Virus record (IMG/VR): IMGVR_UViG_3300042402_004854
Span: 1 to 64,000 of that record
Direction: 5' to 3' (one strand)
Length of the DNA stretch: 64,000 nt
DNA from: a virus
Taxonomy: Duplodnaviria > Heunggongvirae > Uroviricota > Caudoviricetes
Shown here: positions 53,301 through 59,784 of the stretch, piece by piece
Layout of the letters: every line of letters starts with the position of its first letter
Position numbering within the stretch: position 1 is the stretch's first letter
Translations under genes and position numbers: made by a program
The notes under the pieces: generated by a model
Told to the model about the DNA's origin: nothing
The model's database searches: none
The model's input: the letters and a program-made list of their open reading frames with translations, nothing else

Positions 53301-55901
53301 TGAGTCAGGGCTGTCAAATATATCAAACAGCGGAGCCTGTTGCACTGCTGTTTTTTGTTGCGCTTCAATCCATGTTATCCCGTTAAACCAATATGTTTCG
53401 CCGGCTTGATTGCCGCCAAGGCAAATCACACAATTGTCAATTTCGGTCACCCCATCATCGGCTAGAGTAAGCACAATAATTGGTTGGGGGATCAATGGGG
53501 CAACTGTATCGGGCGTGACAAATTCTACTTGATAAATGTTATTTCGAACTTGAGAATCATCATCATTGGCAAAAATTATTCTGCTGCCTTCTACCAATGT
53601 GTAGCCATTGACGCTGTAACTGGTACTACCTTCAATATTGCTAAAGGCATCAGTCTCAGAAAAATCAATAATGTCAATGGGAGCCTTGGCTTCGGTACCC
53701 ATGTTAAACAGCCTGATTCCAGGTCGAAACTCCAATATTGGTCTCTTGGCACGTTGATCATTATCAAGTATCAGCTCAATGTTATTGTAGGCTGCTGTGG
53801 CTTTGATGACTTCTAAATGAAACCATCGATTACTTCTGGTCCAGGCATTTTGATCTTTTGATGCTCGATCTATGGTTAAATAATCTTGGTCGGTTGGTTC
53901 ACCACCAGCTGACGAATCTTCTGCAGGTACCACATAACTCTCAGGAGTTATAAAATTGTCAACAGGCAGTAACTCAATTGAAGATCCAACTCCGCTGACA
54001 TAAAATTCACGATTGCTACTGGCTGTTCCGGTCATTGAACCAAAAGAACTTGTAACCGGGACAATAAATCCAAATGGCACTTGACTTATTGTAAATTGAC
54101 TGCTGTTGACAATTTCTTTGATGTAGTAAACTGCATTGGCAGTTAGTCCCCCAAAAACATCTCCAGTGAATATGATTTGTTGACCAACAATTAAATCAGC
54201 TGTGCTTAAACAAGTAATAAAATTAATTGTTTCAGTTGTCTGTGTACAGGTTATCACAGTTTCAACACTGCTGTAAATGTTTGGAGATGTGGGTGCAGTA
54301 AATCTGACTTTAAGGCCATTGGTGAACACCACGCCGTTGGGACCAGTGTAATTTTGTTTGCCAAGAATTTCGTCTATAAAAATTTTGCCTTGGTCAGCAG
54401 GTTCAATCAATCGTATGATGCCATAAAAAGACGGATTCTCACTGTCTTGATAGTACAATGTATCTTGTACTGCACTCAGCAATGGAATTTGGCTGAAAAC
54501 ACCAGAATTTAATTTGTACCATTGTGTGTTTGCGTATTCATCGCCAAACAAAATATCAAATTTTTGTTGTAGTCCTATTATGCCAACATTGGATAGTTGT
54601 AAAAATACTGTGTCACCAACAGTTTGATAGTTGATTCTCCAAACTTGATATCGCAAAGACAGTGGCACTGTCCCCCATCCATTGGCACTAGTGAACACAA
54701 TTGTGCGGCCTTGAAGGTTAGTAATCCCATCAATTCCCCCGTAACTGTTGATAAATGTTGTCAGTTCGATGCCATTGATTTGATCATAATCAAGTCCGGT
54801 CAACAAGTCGACTGATCCATAATAATCAAGATCATAGTAAAACTGTTGTGCGGTTTTGCTTGGCGCATTAAGTGTTATTGTACCAAAATCAATTCCATTG
54901 TTGACTGCTCCATATACATTTCTAACATTGATATTTGGTGTGCTTGGATCTTGTCCATCAACGCTGGGCTTTGACTGTATCCAAAATTTTGGTCCAGTGT
55001 TTGTAGTAGGATCAATTATGGTCAATTGACCGCGCATGGTATATTCATTACCGGCTTGGTAATACAACACATCTGGTGCAGTGGCAGGCACTGTAAAGGT
55101 CACCGTGGTTGTGGCTGAACCGTTATTGAGCACCCCGTCATTGAATTGATCGGCTGTTCCCAGGGTATAACTTGTTTTAATGTAGAATGGAAAATTGCCA
55201 ACACAATCCATGGTAAACACATAAGTGTTACCACGAACCAAAGTCAATGTTGGATTTTGTTGTTGCTCGATAACGTAGGCCACTGTTCCATTGTTGCTTA
55301 CACGATAATTAATTGTTGCTGTGGGTATCTGATCAATTGAAAAATTGTACGACCCACCGCGCACCAAGGTAATTGTGGGGTTGTTTCCTACTATGCCATC
55401 AAATTGATAACCTGTGCTGGTTCGATTGACTGTAAAAGTTGACCCAATTGGAACAGGGTCAGCGTCAACGTTTACTACCTTTGGCCCACCAGGCAACCAA
55501 TAGTACTGGCTGTAATTTACAAATGAATCATAGTTGATAAACGGGTCAAACGTGTAGTATTCGCTGCTGTACAATTCTGTTTGTTGACTGACGTCAGCGC
55601 CGTTGGTTTCCAAGGCGTCGACCATTCCTGGATAGGTGATTACATCTAGGGTATCGCCAGTATTTGAATCCAAAGATACCACGCCTGGTTCAAGTTGATA
55701 GTTTGTTCGAACAGGAGTTAGTTCTTGTATGTATTTGCCTGTTGGATCAACACCAGGACCTAGTCGACGACCAATATATCCTTGAGTTTGTTTAAATTTT
55801 GGTTCTTGTGTTAATTGATCAAGTGTGGCTGCTAAAAATTGTTTGTTAGCATCCGTTTGAAAAATTTCTGGTAAAAAGTTTACAGATCGCATCTGAGCCA
55901 T
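41370..55901 (-). CDS. giant virion structural protein (4843 aa), beta-rich; in gp7-like baseplate position
   Basis: Single uninterrupted 14.5-kb frame rich in T/N/G/Y/V/S. Start overlaps the stop of the gp6-like gene (TAATG). Giant structural ORFs at this position occur in marine T4-like cyanophages. Confidence 0.85.
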   Translation of the reverse strand: MAQMRSVNFLPEIFQTDANKQFLAATLDQLTQEPKFKQTQGYIGRRLGPGVDPTGKYIQELTPVRTNYQLEPGVVSLDSNTGDTLDVITYPGMVDALETNGADVSQQTELYSSEYYTFDPFINYDSFVNYSQYYWLPGGPKVVNVDADPVPIGSTFTVNRTSTGYQFDGIVGNNPTITLVRGGSYNFSIDQIPTATINYRVSNNGTVAYVIEQQQNPTLTLVRGNTYVFTMDCVGNFPFYIKTSYTLGTADQFNDGVLNNGSATTTVTFTVPATAPDVLYYQAGNEYTMRGQLTIIDPTTNTGPKFWIQSKPSVDGQDPSTPNINVRNVYGAVNNGIDFGTITLNAPSKTAQQFYYDLDYYGSVDLLTGLDYDQINGIELTTFINSYGGIDGITNLQGRTIVFTSANGWGTVPLSLRYQVWRINYQTVGDTVFLQLSNVGIIGLQQKFDILFGDEYANTQWYKLNSGVFSQIPLLSAVQDTLYYQDSENPSFYGIIRLIEPADQGKIFIDEILGKQNYTGPNGVVFTNGLKVRFTAPTSPNIYSSVETVITCTQTTETINFITCLSTADLIVGQQIIFTGDVFGGLTANAVYYIKEIVNSSQFTISQVPFGFIVPVTSSFGSMTGTASSNREFYVSGVGSSIELLPVDNFITPESYVVPAEDSSAGGEPTDQDYLTIDRASKDQNAWTRSNRWFHLEVIKATAAYNNIELILDNDQRAKRPILEFRPGIRLFNMGTEAKAPIDIIDFSETDAFSNIEGSTSYSVNGYTLVEGSRIIFANDDDSQVRNNIYQVEFVTPDTVAPLIPQPIIVLTLADDGVTEIDNCVICLGGNQAGETYWFNGITWIEAQQKTAVQQAPLFDIFDSPDSTGISLSNRVKYPSSTFVGSKLFSYAPGVGTVDSVLGFQLEYSALGSIGDIVFTNNLYNDTFVYVTGNTSSVVNISTGTPREYSNRTSYTPLLGWQTGIINSFSPQQLEFTYQGIPLVLDVAASQETSIPAVKVFIENVFQDPSTYVVTIGTDSTQIRFLIEPVIDSNIIVEVITGQVSKSGFYQIPINLEDNPFNNNSSGFTLGTIRTHYESICQNLNNFSGIINGANNTRDLGNIVRYGLTILQQSAPLTLAGYFLRSEKYNIFNSLQFASQEYAKFKNQLLNAVNSLTLNFETPGQILDGALAEVIYGKIEQSPFYWSDMIPAGSTVTNTTYVISNTTTTVFDTLQVYNYSSANFLGMNVYLNNQLLIRGYDYTVATDGPRITLLVDLSLDDVLLLQEFSATYGNFVPNTPTKLGLYPAWKPEIITVKTTTGTQEMIRGHDGSQTPVFGDVRDQVLLEFETRVFSNLKLDNNPVPLTAVDVIPGQFRNTGYTYQTINGILGESFLSYVSWNKLDYTTQQYNAANEFSYNYSNAQNKLDNQNLLGAWRGIYRYFYDTQQPELSPWEMLGLTQKPTWWEITYGPAPYTSDNTVLWDDLAAGIIRDPDGSYVDPNYIRPELLKVLPVNSNGELLPPFQTVMSGYQNNKFRQSWAVGDGGPVEASWWNSSDYPFAVMRLLALTRPAKFFSLFADRDLYRYNTAFDQYLYNDRYRLDANGVQVYGDGVSKASYIDWIIDYNRVLGVNSTADLELSLKNIDVRLCYRLGGFSDKQYLKIYTEKSSPTTTNTSLLLPDDTYDLFVYKNQPFDRSVYSSVIIKREPTGYSVYGYSNTQPFFNAYQSVPVGTFRTFFSGGVTVSVPTSYTDTIIQIPYGYTFNTTAQVSDFLLSYGRYLDTLGFEFKDYENGYILDWPQMVDEFLYWSNQGWGVGSLINLNPLASGLEITKEQAVVDNINTQTQEKLLLDQNKNEFATRNINIVRLDNTLTLQPLNDQSLSYADLRYTSYEHIIVFNNASVFGDLVLDPTTGARQSRLLLIGSVSSEWNGTVDAKGFILNQDTVSAWDPVKKYTKGELVKYKNVYWSALTIIQPSATFNYADWTQSDYTLIQRGLLPNIANKADQLANSYNVNVANLEVDNDLLSYGLIGFRPRTYFAALNLDDVSQVNLYKQFTGTKGTLGSVQLLAPADFGKETADYSIYENWAILRATYGANANRSYFDLRLNKGLLTSDPCLVQVINPDETSLADQSILLPDVWKSSFKLTTPDILPTTLTLPTDISLPTAGYVNVDDVDITVFSIDDLNDLRASINKINVGASVWVAKINSYDWNVYRIENVPGRIEHVCDNLNSTCRVIFSDQHGLTTGDTLVIRFFDNRVDGVYTVLSVPTLTEVSVALVLTGGQTVITGVGVGFTLQTQRVAQASDIINLPFAKKILPGAKVWVDDNGAGLWEVLEKQDPFVFRDPQYLLRPKWLDATEQYGASIAQTLNKNSLFVGSPRYGFAIGNNQKGGIYVYFKGTSSQYTPVTIAENSDTIMSLDTTGVKGLGNSLSAGFRDWAVAGASQSLGPNGEADNGYVTVIYQDFASTGLGQNPYKFWQLLTSPEYPNNTNAGEFGYAVTMSQDENWFYASAPGFNQVYAYGKVPVTNQFLRYTADGTTSSVYIGASIQINNANQLSITVDNTALVLGTDYTVSVDFGTVVFTIPPLSGKLVTVLRNFEKQLDYGVYLNVSATGGSGSGAEFTVIRQRGEVGQPGATFGGVSVSNGGNGYIVGNTLTISKNDFDGGGAGSSDLVITVVNIGTGGAITAVSVTSYTPPTTLASEFELWPYLFSADNVYSFTILVDGIIQRPNIDYEYQGDYSSLDLNDLKFYNSPAQGAKIVARAESYFKLVDTIQPQGLANNARFGHSLSCTADGRQVIIGSKNETVDGLVEAGKSYVYNRNVQRFIYGQDTSSVTFTINGTLTEPVAVSVNNIPLINEQYGVINQPNSFTVLGNTVTILTDLNVGDIIDIDTNQFTLVQEIIQQSYDSSGTTVDNPTEFTNFGQSVDIVNNGSSLYIGAPQSSEQSWKGGAVQRNLSQPQIFGTITSKNILPALTAGDTIQINYQEVAVPAAGTVAGLAAAISAEVPNVTATSSANGLLTIAIKNVDAVPLRNKLQIAPGAIGTAWDDLGFDVFVYTQTIFSPTANDFAAFGYSLSADATGTALVVGAPEGTLLLPTTFDYDEILQEPTTTFDGNGTEFYSLKIQSGVVYTYDFLPDADVADITSNGKYIFGQQIGNNQVQPLDTFGIAVDYKSGLLAVGAPGNDAGDSAAAFGAVFLFDNATESPAWTVSRLQQPVVDIRLLNSVFMYDRVTGANTEYFDFFDPLQGKVLGAAQENIDYIGAIDPAGYNVGPLNNTNMPWGPDHVGEIWWDIGTVRFIDPNQDDIVYASRRWGQIFPGSSVDIYQWVASSVPPANYTGTGTVANVNNYTINTSLTGEGIFATTYYFWVKNITTTSTLLGKTLSASSVAQYISNPRSSGISYVAPVNSSTIAIYNGLQYIEAQDTIISIEFDQQLTDANVHTEYELIAQGRDDAFLSSTLYRKFLDSFCGVDAAGNLVPDPNLPVSQRYGVQFRPRQSMFADRYLALKNYILRTNRILAQYPVSETRSFELLNSSEPIPAAGSGAWNFQVTNLDVLGYQNIYTVPIGYKYLVDSDSDNNGRWTIYTVTTSQANPSIRELVLTRVQNYVTQDYWNYINWYQVGYNSSTQIIAEVPLYANLSSLTLAEAPIGSSVKVTANSDGKWEIYIRTVVSWDRVGLQDGTIAIAAVIYDYALGRFGFDIEVFDAQYFDEEPVIETRKILQAINQQLFIEDLLLERNKNLILMFDFILSEFQAPEWLIKTSLIDVDHRIRALLPFPNYVQDNQEFVTDYIQEVKPYHVQVREFNLTYNGTDPFAGDLTDFDLPAYWNNNLEVPQFTSPVLLPYTHATAQPGNINSDTESNDPIWTAWPWSQWYNNYTLHVDSVVIINGGSGYTTAPLVVITGDATESATMYATINDSGAVISVTVLTSGSGYLTTPTISFVGGNGTSATAYPVMTNGLVRSFKTVIKYDRYQYQSQITDWQPNVSYDNGTLVRYNNTVWEAESSDGSTAVEGPTFDLTNWTPVPASALSGIDRTMGFYNPGVDQPGIDLPLLVNGVDYPGVQVFGPDFLSSTPLDAVYASSFTDQYLGTRPTDINVNGGEFIGPYEGHAPEELINGSEYDTMDFRVYTRPGSDWTGDGHGFAIRTARYFYDVAEPTYFWGDAKITAPVVALVYNATTQTDLFLGTDYTVDYTNQTVTVLNASTDDIINIQIYSLGGGSELFRQNYTGADFANDTVIIPVNAAQIQQLAVIVNGQAETGATWSAYYPNTAWAITNSYSRLDVVTYSGSYFRAIVDVPVGIEITNTVYWTLFVPTTLSLIEFNNSYSASDGVFVAALGYTTPVQYGWSTPQTQNVVVDSTIASTKTITLSNYVGGSNPANMVVTRNGLRLRPYECIEWFGDDSSISFGLPQRGGYSQQIINSATDITVWIDNALQVQSVGSVVGDYVVTNWSGSNVPGRQVVFNTPPESGAIILISVSTVADYYVTGNLLEISAPLNQNDQVAVTTWNDTAQQDISTLVFEGPVYSGVTIEEGFDDTLFDEGTVSGGPGTFSYQIGVVTANNDFFLNRYATANRLWVTLDGYRLSEGIDFTVSGEYLILSSGAIGPAQVLAVTEFTENLVPDALTFRIFQDMRGVQATYRITATTTTTLAQDLSATADVIYVDDAGALNEPDLAQGLFGAISIDGERILYRVRDLANNTLSGLQRGTGGTGAADHTAAANVYSFGVDNLMQAQYQDYVVSKTTVANGATTVFSADNITTSTFSGTFDSFARSLEVYVGGTRQYAYSDTTATSQYRYNVVSGTPAQIEFVVNYDVTPQLTPPPNGVEVTILQRRGVTWYAPGTTTPSDGIALQETNTIPARFLRGL

Positions 55902-58900
55902 TAAATTACTCCACTACCTGGTGCTGTACGTAAATTGGTACTAGTCAAGGCTTCAATTACTTCAATATTTTCAATCAACGCGGCGTTGGCAAAAATTTCA
56001 CTTGGTTCGCTGCGAATTTCATACAAATCTCCAAAACTTTTTTGCGTGTTCAATGGCACAAGAACCACAGTGCTGATAATGGTTCCCAATTGTTGATGTA
56101 GATATGCTGCTAACTCGCTGAAATAAAATGTGTCGCCAAAATTCCATTTGTCAATACTAAAATAGTCATTCATTGCTGTCAACACTGAGTTTTTAATTTC
56201 GCTGGAACTGGCCGTAGATCCTTGGGCCCGAATAACTTTGATAGTTGCCTGCAGGCTTGAGTCTGCCTTGGGACCAAACAAGGGTTTAAACACCACACTG
56301 TTCAATACAATATTGTCACTTAACATTTTGTAATCATTAAGCCCTTGGTAAGCAGTGTTTAATTCATCCATGGTTGGTATACTTGGCTGTGCAACTGTGC
56401 CAGTGATGTCTCGCAACCAGTTTTGATATGCTGTGTAATATCCTTGAGTCACCACATACAAATCAATTATGTTTGTTGTGCCAGGATCAATTCGATGAGT
56501 CAATGGTGAGTTATGACGATACTGAAAATACAGTGCTTGTCGGCCAGTTCGAGCTATCCATGTGCTTAATTCAACAAGTTCTCTAGCACCAGTGGTGGTT
56601 AATGTTAGCTCGTAAAAAATTTGATCGGTTGTGGTGTAAAAGATCTGACCGGGCGTCCACTCAGTTTTTACCAATTCAAGTTGTGTCAATGTGGTGTAAT
56701 CAGTGTTTACTCGACCGGGTTCGACCAACACATATCTTTGTAAATTATCAAAGTCTACAATTTGCTCAAAAAACACCAGCTTTGATGTTGGGTTCACTGT
56801 GGGTGCAACAATTTCTGTAAAGAAATCTGGATTGTCAGGGACTCCATCACTGTCATTGTCACGATAACTTACCAGCACTTGAAAGTCATCAACATACCCA
56901 TCGCTTTCAACTGGCTGTCCAATGATAGTCATATAGATGTTGCTTTGCAATGAATCTGTGCTGTCGGGTTGAGAATTCATGGCCAGCACATTGATAAAGT
57001 CTTTTATAACAGTGCCACTACGACTGTCATATATTGGCGATCCATCGTAATAAAAAAATCTTGTCTGCAGCACACTGCCAAAATAATACGCCAAGCCACG
57101 AGTGGTCACTGTGTAATTGTTGTTTTGCGTAACAAATTGTACCAACCAACTTGCGTCAAGTACACCCGGTGTGGTGGACCCAGCATTGGCCAGGCTCCAA
57201 GTGGCATCAACATCTAAATTTGTGCTTGGTATCAGGTACCATGTTGCAGCAGTGCCGGTTATTGTGCCATCGTTATCATAACCAAGTCCAAAATTTCTAT
57301 AAAGCAACATTTGCTCAACCACTTGAGTTTGTAACTCAGTTGGCAAGGTGGTTACAAACACTGGGATTATGGTACTCACTATTGCACCTGTTGGCACAAA
57401 ATTATTCAAAGCCACTGGGCCTTGACCATTGGTCAAGTTTCCTATCCCGTTGTTGCTACCATCTCCCACAATTGCTGTTGGTGAGGCCCAAATTTCTAAT
57501 TTTTCATCGGGACGTGTTGGTGTTCCGGAGCGTAATTTGTTGTTGGCATCAAAATAGTATCCAGCTGGTGGTACAAATTTTATCAAACTTTGAAGCACCA
57601 CATATTTGAATCCTGTGTTGCTGTAAGTTGGTCCCACGGGAATTGGAGCCAAATTAGCATTTTTAAAGTATCCAGTAGTTTCGTTGGCAATGGTTGTGCT
57701 TTGTGTCCAAGTACTGAATGCGGTTACGCCGGTGTTGATGTTTATTCTGGGATAGTTAGCATAGTAGAATTGCTTGACTACTTCGTTGAGCAGAGTGGGT
57801 TGTACCTGATTAGAGATAAAATCACTAATTTCATTACGGTTGGTATAATTGAACAACAGTGTGGGCAGTATGTTATCTTCCCATAACCCACCATCGCTGG
57901 CAAATGAATTGGTGCTGCTGTATTTGCCGGTGTTGTCCACAAGATCCAACCAGCGACTGGTACCAATGCTGGCACGATTTACTGCTTTAGATTTTATGAT
58001 TGAATTGTACTGTGTATAAGGAAACAAGTTGTAATCTTCGCCGTTGACCATGCGGTTCTGCGTGTAGTACCGTGCCGGCGCACGTTGTTTGATCTGATCA
58101 AGACTTTCGCGTGTTTGTGAATTAGTTACTGGTTGTGTAATGCCGCAGGTGAATGTAATGGTTTGTAGGTTTCCGTTGCGATCAATATAGCTGATGGGCA
58201 GCACAACGTTTTGCATTTCTTCAGGGTTGATAATGTATTGCAAGCCATTGGAACTGCGAACATATGCGCGAAAAGTTCCAACTGGTATCTCAGAAAAAAC
58301 ACCATCACCAAACACCATGGTTATTTGATCATTTGCACGGCTTGTGGTTGTATAAATTGGGCGTAGCTGCGTTTCAAGTTGTTCAGCGCCGGCGGCATAG
58401 ATGTTTTCAACATATGTCCATTCTCGATTTATATTTCCCACATTGTCTAATTGAAATAACCAACGATCTTGATTGTTGATTCCTTCAATGTTGATATTCA
58501 CTGTACGGTTGGCGATGCGTTCAGGCAAGTTGAAATCTTGATTCAACAATGTTCCTTGTTTGAACAAGAAAAAAAATCCATTGTTAACGCTGTTATAACC
58601 CAGTTGATCATTTCGATACAAAATATTAAACACTGTGTCTGGCACTGGGCTGGGTTCATACACATAGTCACGCCCAACCGAAGTTGATGCCACTGCTTCA
58701 AACGGCATGTTGACTCCGTCAACAATGGCAGTGTAAGGAATCACTGGGATAAATCCAGGCACCAAATTGATTGCGTACTCGTCGGTTTTTATACCCAAAA
58801 CAGTTTGACTATTGCCCGGTCTCCCTACTTTTTGACTGTCGATCAAAGCAGCATTGACAATTGTGGTCCACTGTTCCAGCCAGTCTAAATTGGTTGGGTC

Positions 58901-59335
58901 CGCCCATGTAACTGTTACATTGGACAAATTTATGCCGTTGTAATCTACAACATTTTCAGTTGTGCTTACACTGAATGCTTTTAGATATCCTGATGCTTCA
59001 GTATTGCGCTTGGGGGTATAACTCACAAGATTGGCCAGGCGAACTGCGCTGTCGCGGCGCTCTGCTGTGTCTAGGTAATTTTCACGAGTGTTTAAATCTG
59101 TGCGGAAAGCTAAACTTTGCCCCATGAATGCAATGATGTCAAGCAATGCAATGAATTCACTTGATTCAATATAGTCATTGAATGTTTCTGGGTAATACAA
59201 TCGCAGATAATCAACAAAACTTTTTCGTAAAGTTTCAAAATCATAACTTTGAAAATCGGCTTCGCGATAGGTTTGATAGATCTGTTTCCAGTCTTCAACT
59301 CCAAATATTGCTGTTTGTCTTGTGGTTTTAGCCAT
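55901..59335 (-). CDS. baseplate wedge protein, gp6/baseplate-J-like (1144 aa)
   Basis: N-terminal ...DWKQIYQTYREADFQSYDFETLRKSFVDYLRLYYPETFNDYIESSEFIALLDIIAFMGQSLAFRTDLN resembles the conserved N-terminal region of T4 gp6/baseplate-J. Sits directly downstream of the gp25-like gene, the conserved myovirus order. Confidence 0.65.
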   Translation of the reverse strand: MAKTTRQTAIFGVEDWKQIYQTYREADFQSYDFETLRKSFVDYLRLYYPETFNDYIESSEFIALLDIIAFMGQSLAFRTDLNTRENYLDTAERRDSAVRLANLVSYTPKRNTEASGYLKAFSVSTTENVVDYNGINLSNVTVTWADPTNLDWLEQWTTIVNAALIDSQKVGRPGNSQTVLGIKTDEYAINLVPGFIPVIPYTAIVDGVNMPFEAVASTSVGRDYVYEPSPVPDTVFNILYRNDQLGYNSVNNGFFFLFKQGTLLNQDFNLPERIANRTVNINIEGINNQDRWLFQLDNVGNINREWTYVENIYAAGAEQLETQLRPIYTTTSRANDQITMVFGDGVFSEIPVGTFRAYVRSSNGLQYIINPEEMQNVVLPISYIDRNGNLQTITFTCGITQPVTNSQTRESLDQIKQRAPARYYTQNRMVNGEDYNLFPYTQYNSIIKSKAVNRASIGTSRWLDLVDNTGKYSSTNSFASDGGLWEDNILPTLLFNYTNRNEISDFISNQVQPTLLNEVVKQFYYANYPRININTGVTAFSTWTQSTTIANETTGYFKNANLAPIPVGPTYSNTGFKYVVLQSLIKFVPPAGYYFDANNKLRSGTPTRPDEKLEIWASPTAIVGDGSNNGIGNLTNGQGPVALNNFVPTGAIVSTIIPVFVTTLPTELQTQVVEQMLLYRNFGLGYDNDGTITGTAATWYLIPSTNLDVDATWSLANAGSTTPGVLDASWLVQFVTQNNNYTVTTRGLAYYFGSVLQTRFFYYDGSPIYDSRSGTVIKDFINVLAMNSQPDSTDSLQSNIYMTIIGQPVESDGYVDDFQVLVSYRDNDSDGVPDNPDFFTEIVAPTVNPTSKLVFFEQIVDFDNLQRYVLVEPGRVNTDYTTLTQLELVKTEWTPGQIFYTTTDQIFYELTLTTTGARELVELSTWIARTGRQALYFQYRHNSPLTHRIDPGTTNIIDLYVVTQGYYTAYQNWLRDITGTVAQPSIPTMDELNTAYQGLNDYKMLSDNIVLNSVVFKPLFGPKADSSLQATIKVIRAQGSTASSSEIKNSVLTAMNDYFSIDKWNFGDTFYFSELAAYLHQQLGTIISTVVLVPLNTQKSFGDLYEIRSEPSEIFANAALIENIEVIEALTSTNLRTAPGSGVI

Positions 59336-59363
59336 GCTCAGTTAACCTTGGGTTATAGTCATG

Positions 59364-59371
59364 TATTTATT
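59364..59371 (-). promoter_or_regulatory. late-promoter-like box AATAAATA (T4/cyanophage late consensus NATAAATA) upstream of gp6-like gene
   Basis: The - strand reads caATAAATAcatgactataacccaaggttaactgagcATG. The box lies ~30 nt upstream of the start codon at 59335. Confidence 0.3.
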
Positions 59372-59375
59372 GACT

Positions 59376-59397
59376 GTATAAACCATGTGGTTTATAC
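59376..59397. repeat. perfect AT-rich inverted repeat gtataaacca-tg-tggtttatac (10-bp arms)
   Basis: Palindrome spanning the stop codon of the gp25-like gene, in the 56-nt gap before the gp6-like gene. Possible hairpin, RNA-processing site or protein-binding site. Confidence 0.5.
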
Positions 59398-59784
59398 GTA
59401 ACTGGCATTGCGTGTTTGTAGGTCAAAGAAAATACTGAGTATTTCAGCGTTGGTTGTGTTCACTTGTTGTAGAAGTAATTCAATTAAAATTCCGTGTTCT
59501 TGGGGGAATGTGTTAATTTCACTCACATACAATCGTGGGTCACCGCCGGCCAAACGTTGTATTTCTGTAACAATACCTTCGCTAGTTTCTTCCAATTGAT
59601 TTTCAAACAAAAAATCCCAGACCACAGTGCCATACCCTGGTCGGCCTGGCAATTCCCCTTGACGAATATTAAAAGCATTGAGCAAATCGCGCTTGATCAA
59701 TTCAAAATCTGTCAGGGTAAATTTTTTGTACTGTTTTTGCGTATTGAAACCAATGTAAGTAGTCATGTCAATATTTATAGCCAA
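59392..59784 (-). CDS. baseplate wedge protein gp25-like (GPW/gp25 lysozyme-like family)
   Basis: 130 aa. NIRQGELPGRPGYGTVVWDFLFE matches the gp25/GPW GER..P.FG....LFE core. Size and position (immediately upstream of the gp6-like gene) are canonical. Confidence 0.7.
   Translation of the reverse strand: MAINIDMTTYIGFNTQKQYKKFTLTDFELIKRDLLNAFNIRQGELPGRPGYGTVVWDFLFENQLEETSEGIVTEIQRLAGGDPRLYVSEINTFPQEHGILIELLLQQVNTTNAEILSIFFDLQTRNASYV

Noticed and set aside
41475-55340. Numerous 60-150-aa ORFs on the + strand within the giant gene. The same holds for antisense ORFs inside other long genes, e.g. 8632..8967, 17135..17353, 56602..57886.
   Set aside because: They are shadow ORFs antisense to or frame-shifted within long, clearly coding genes. 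They have no coupling geometry or recognisable motifs.
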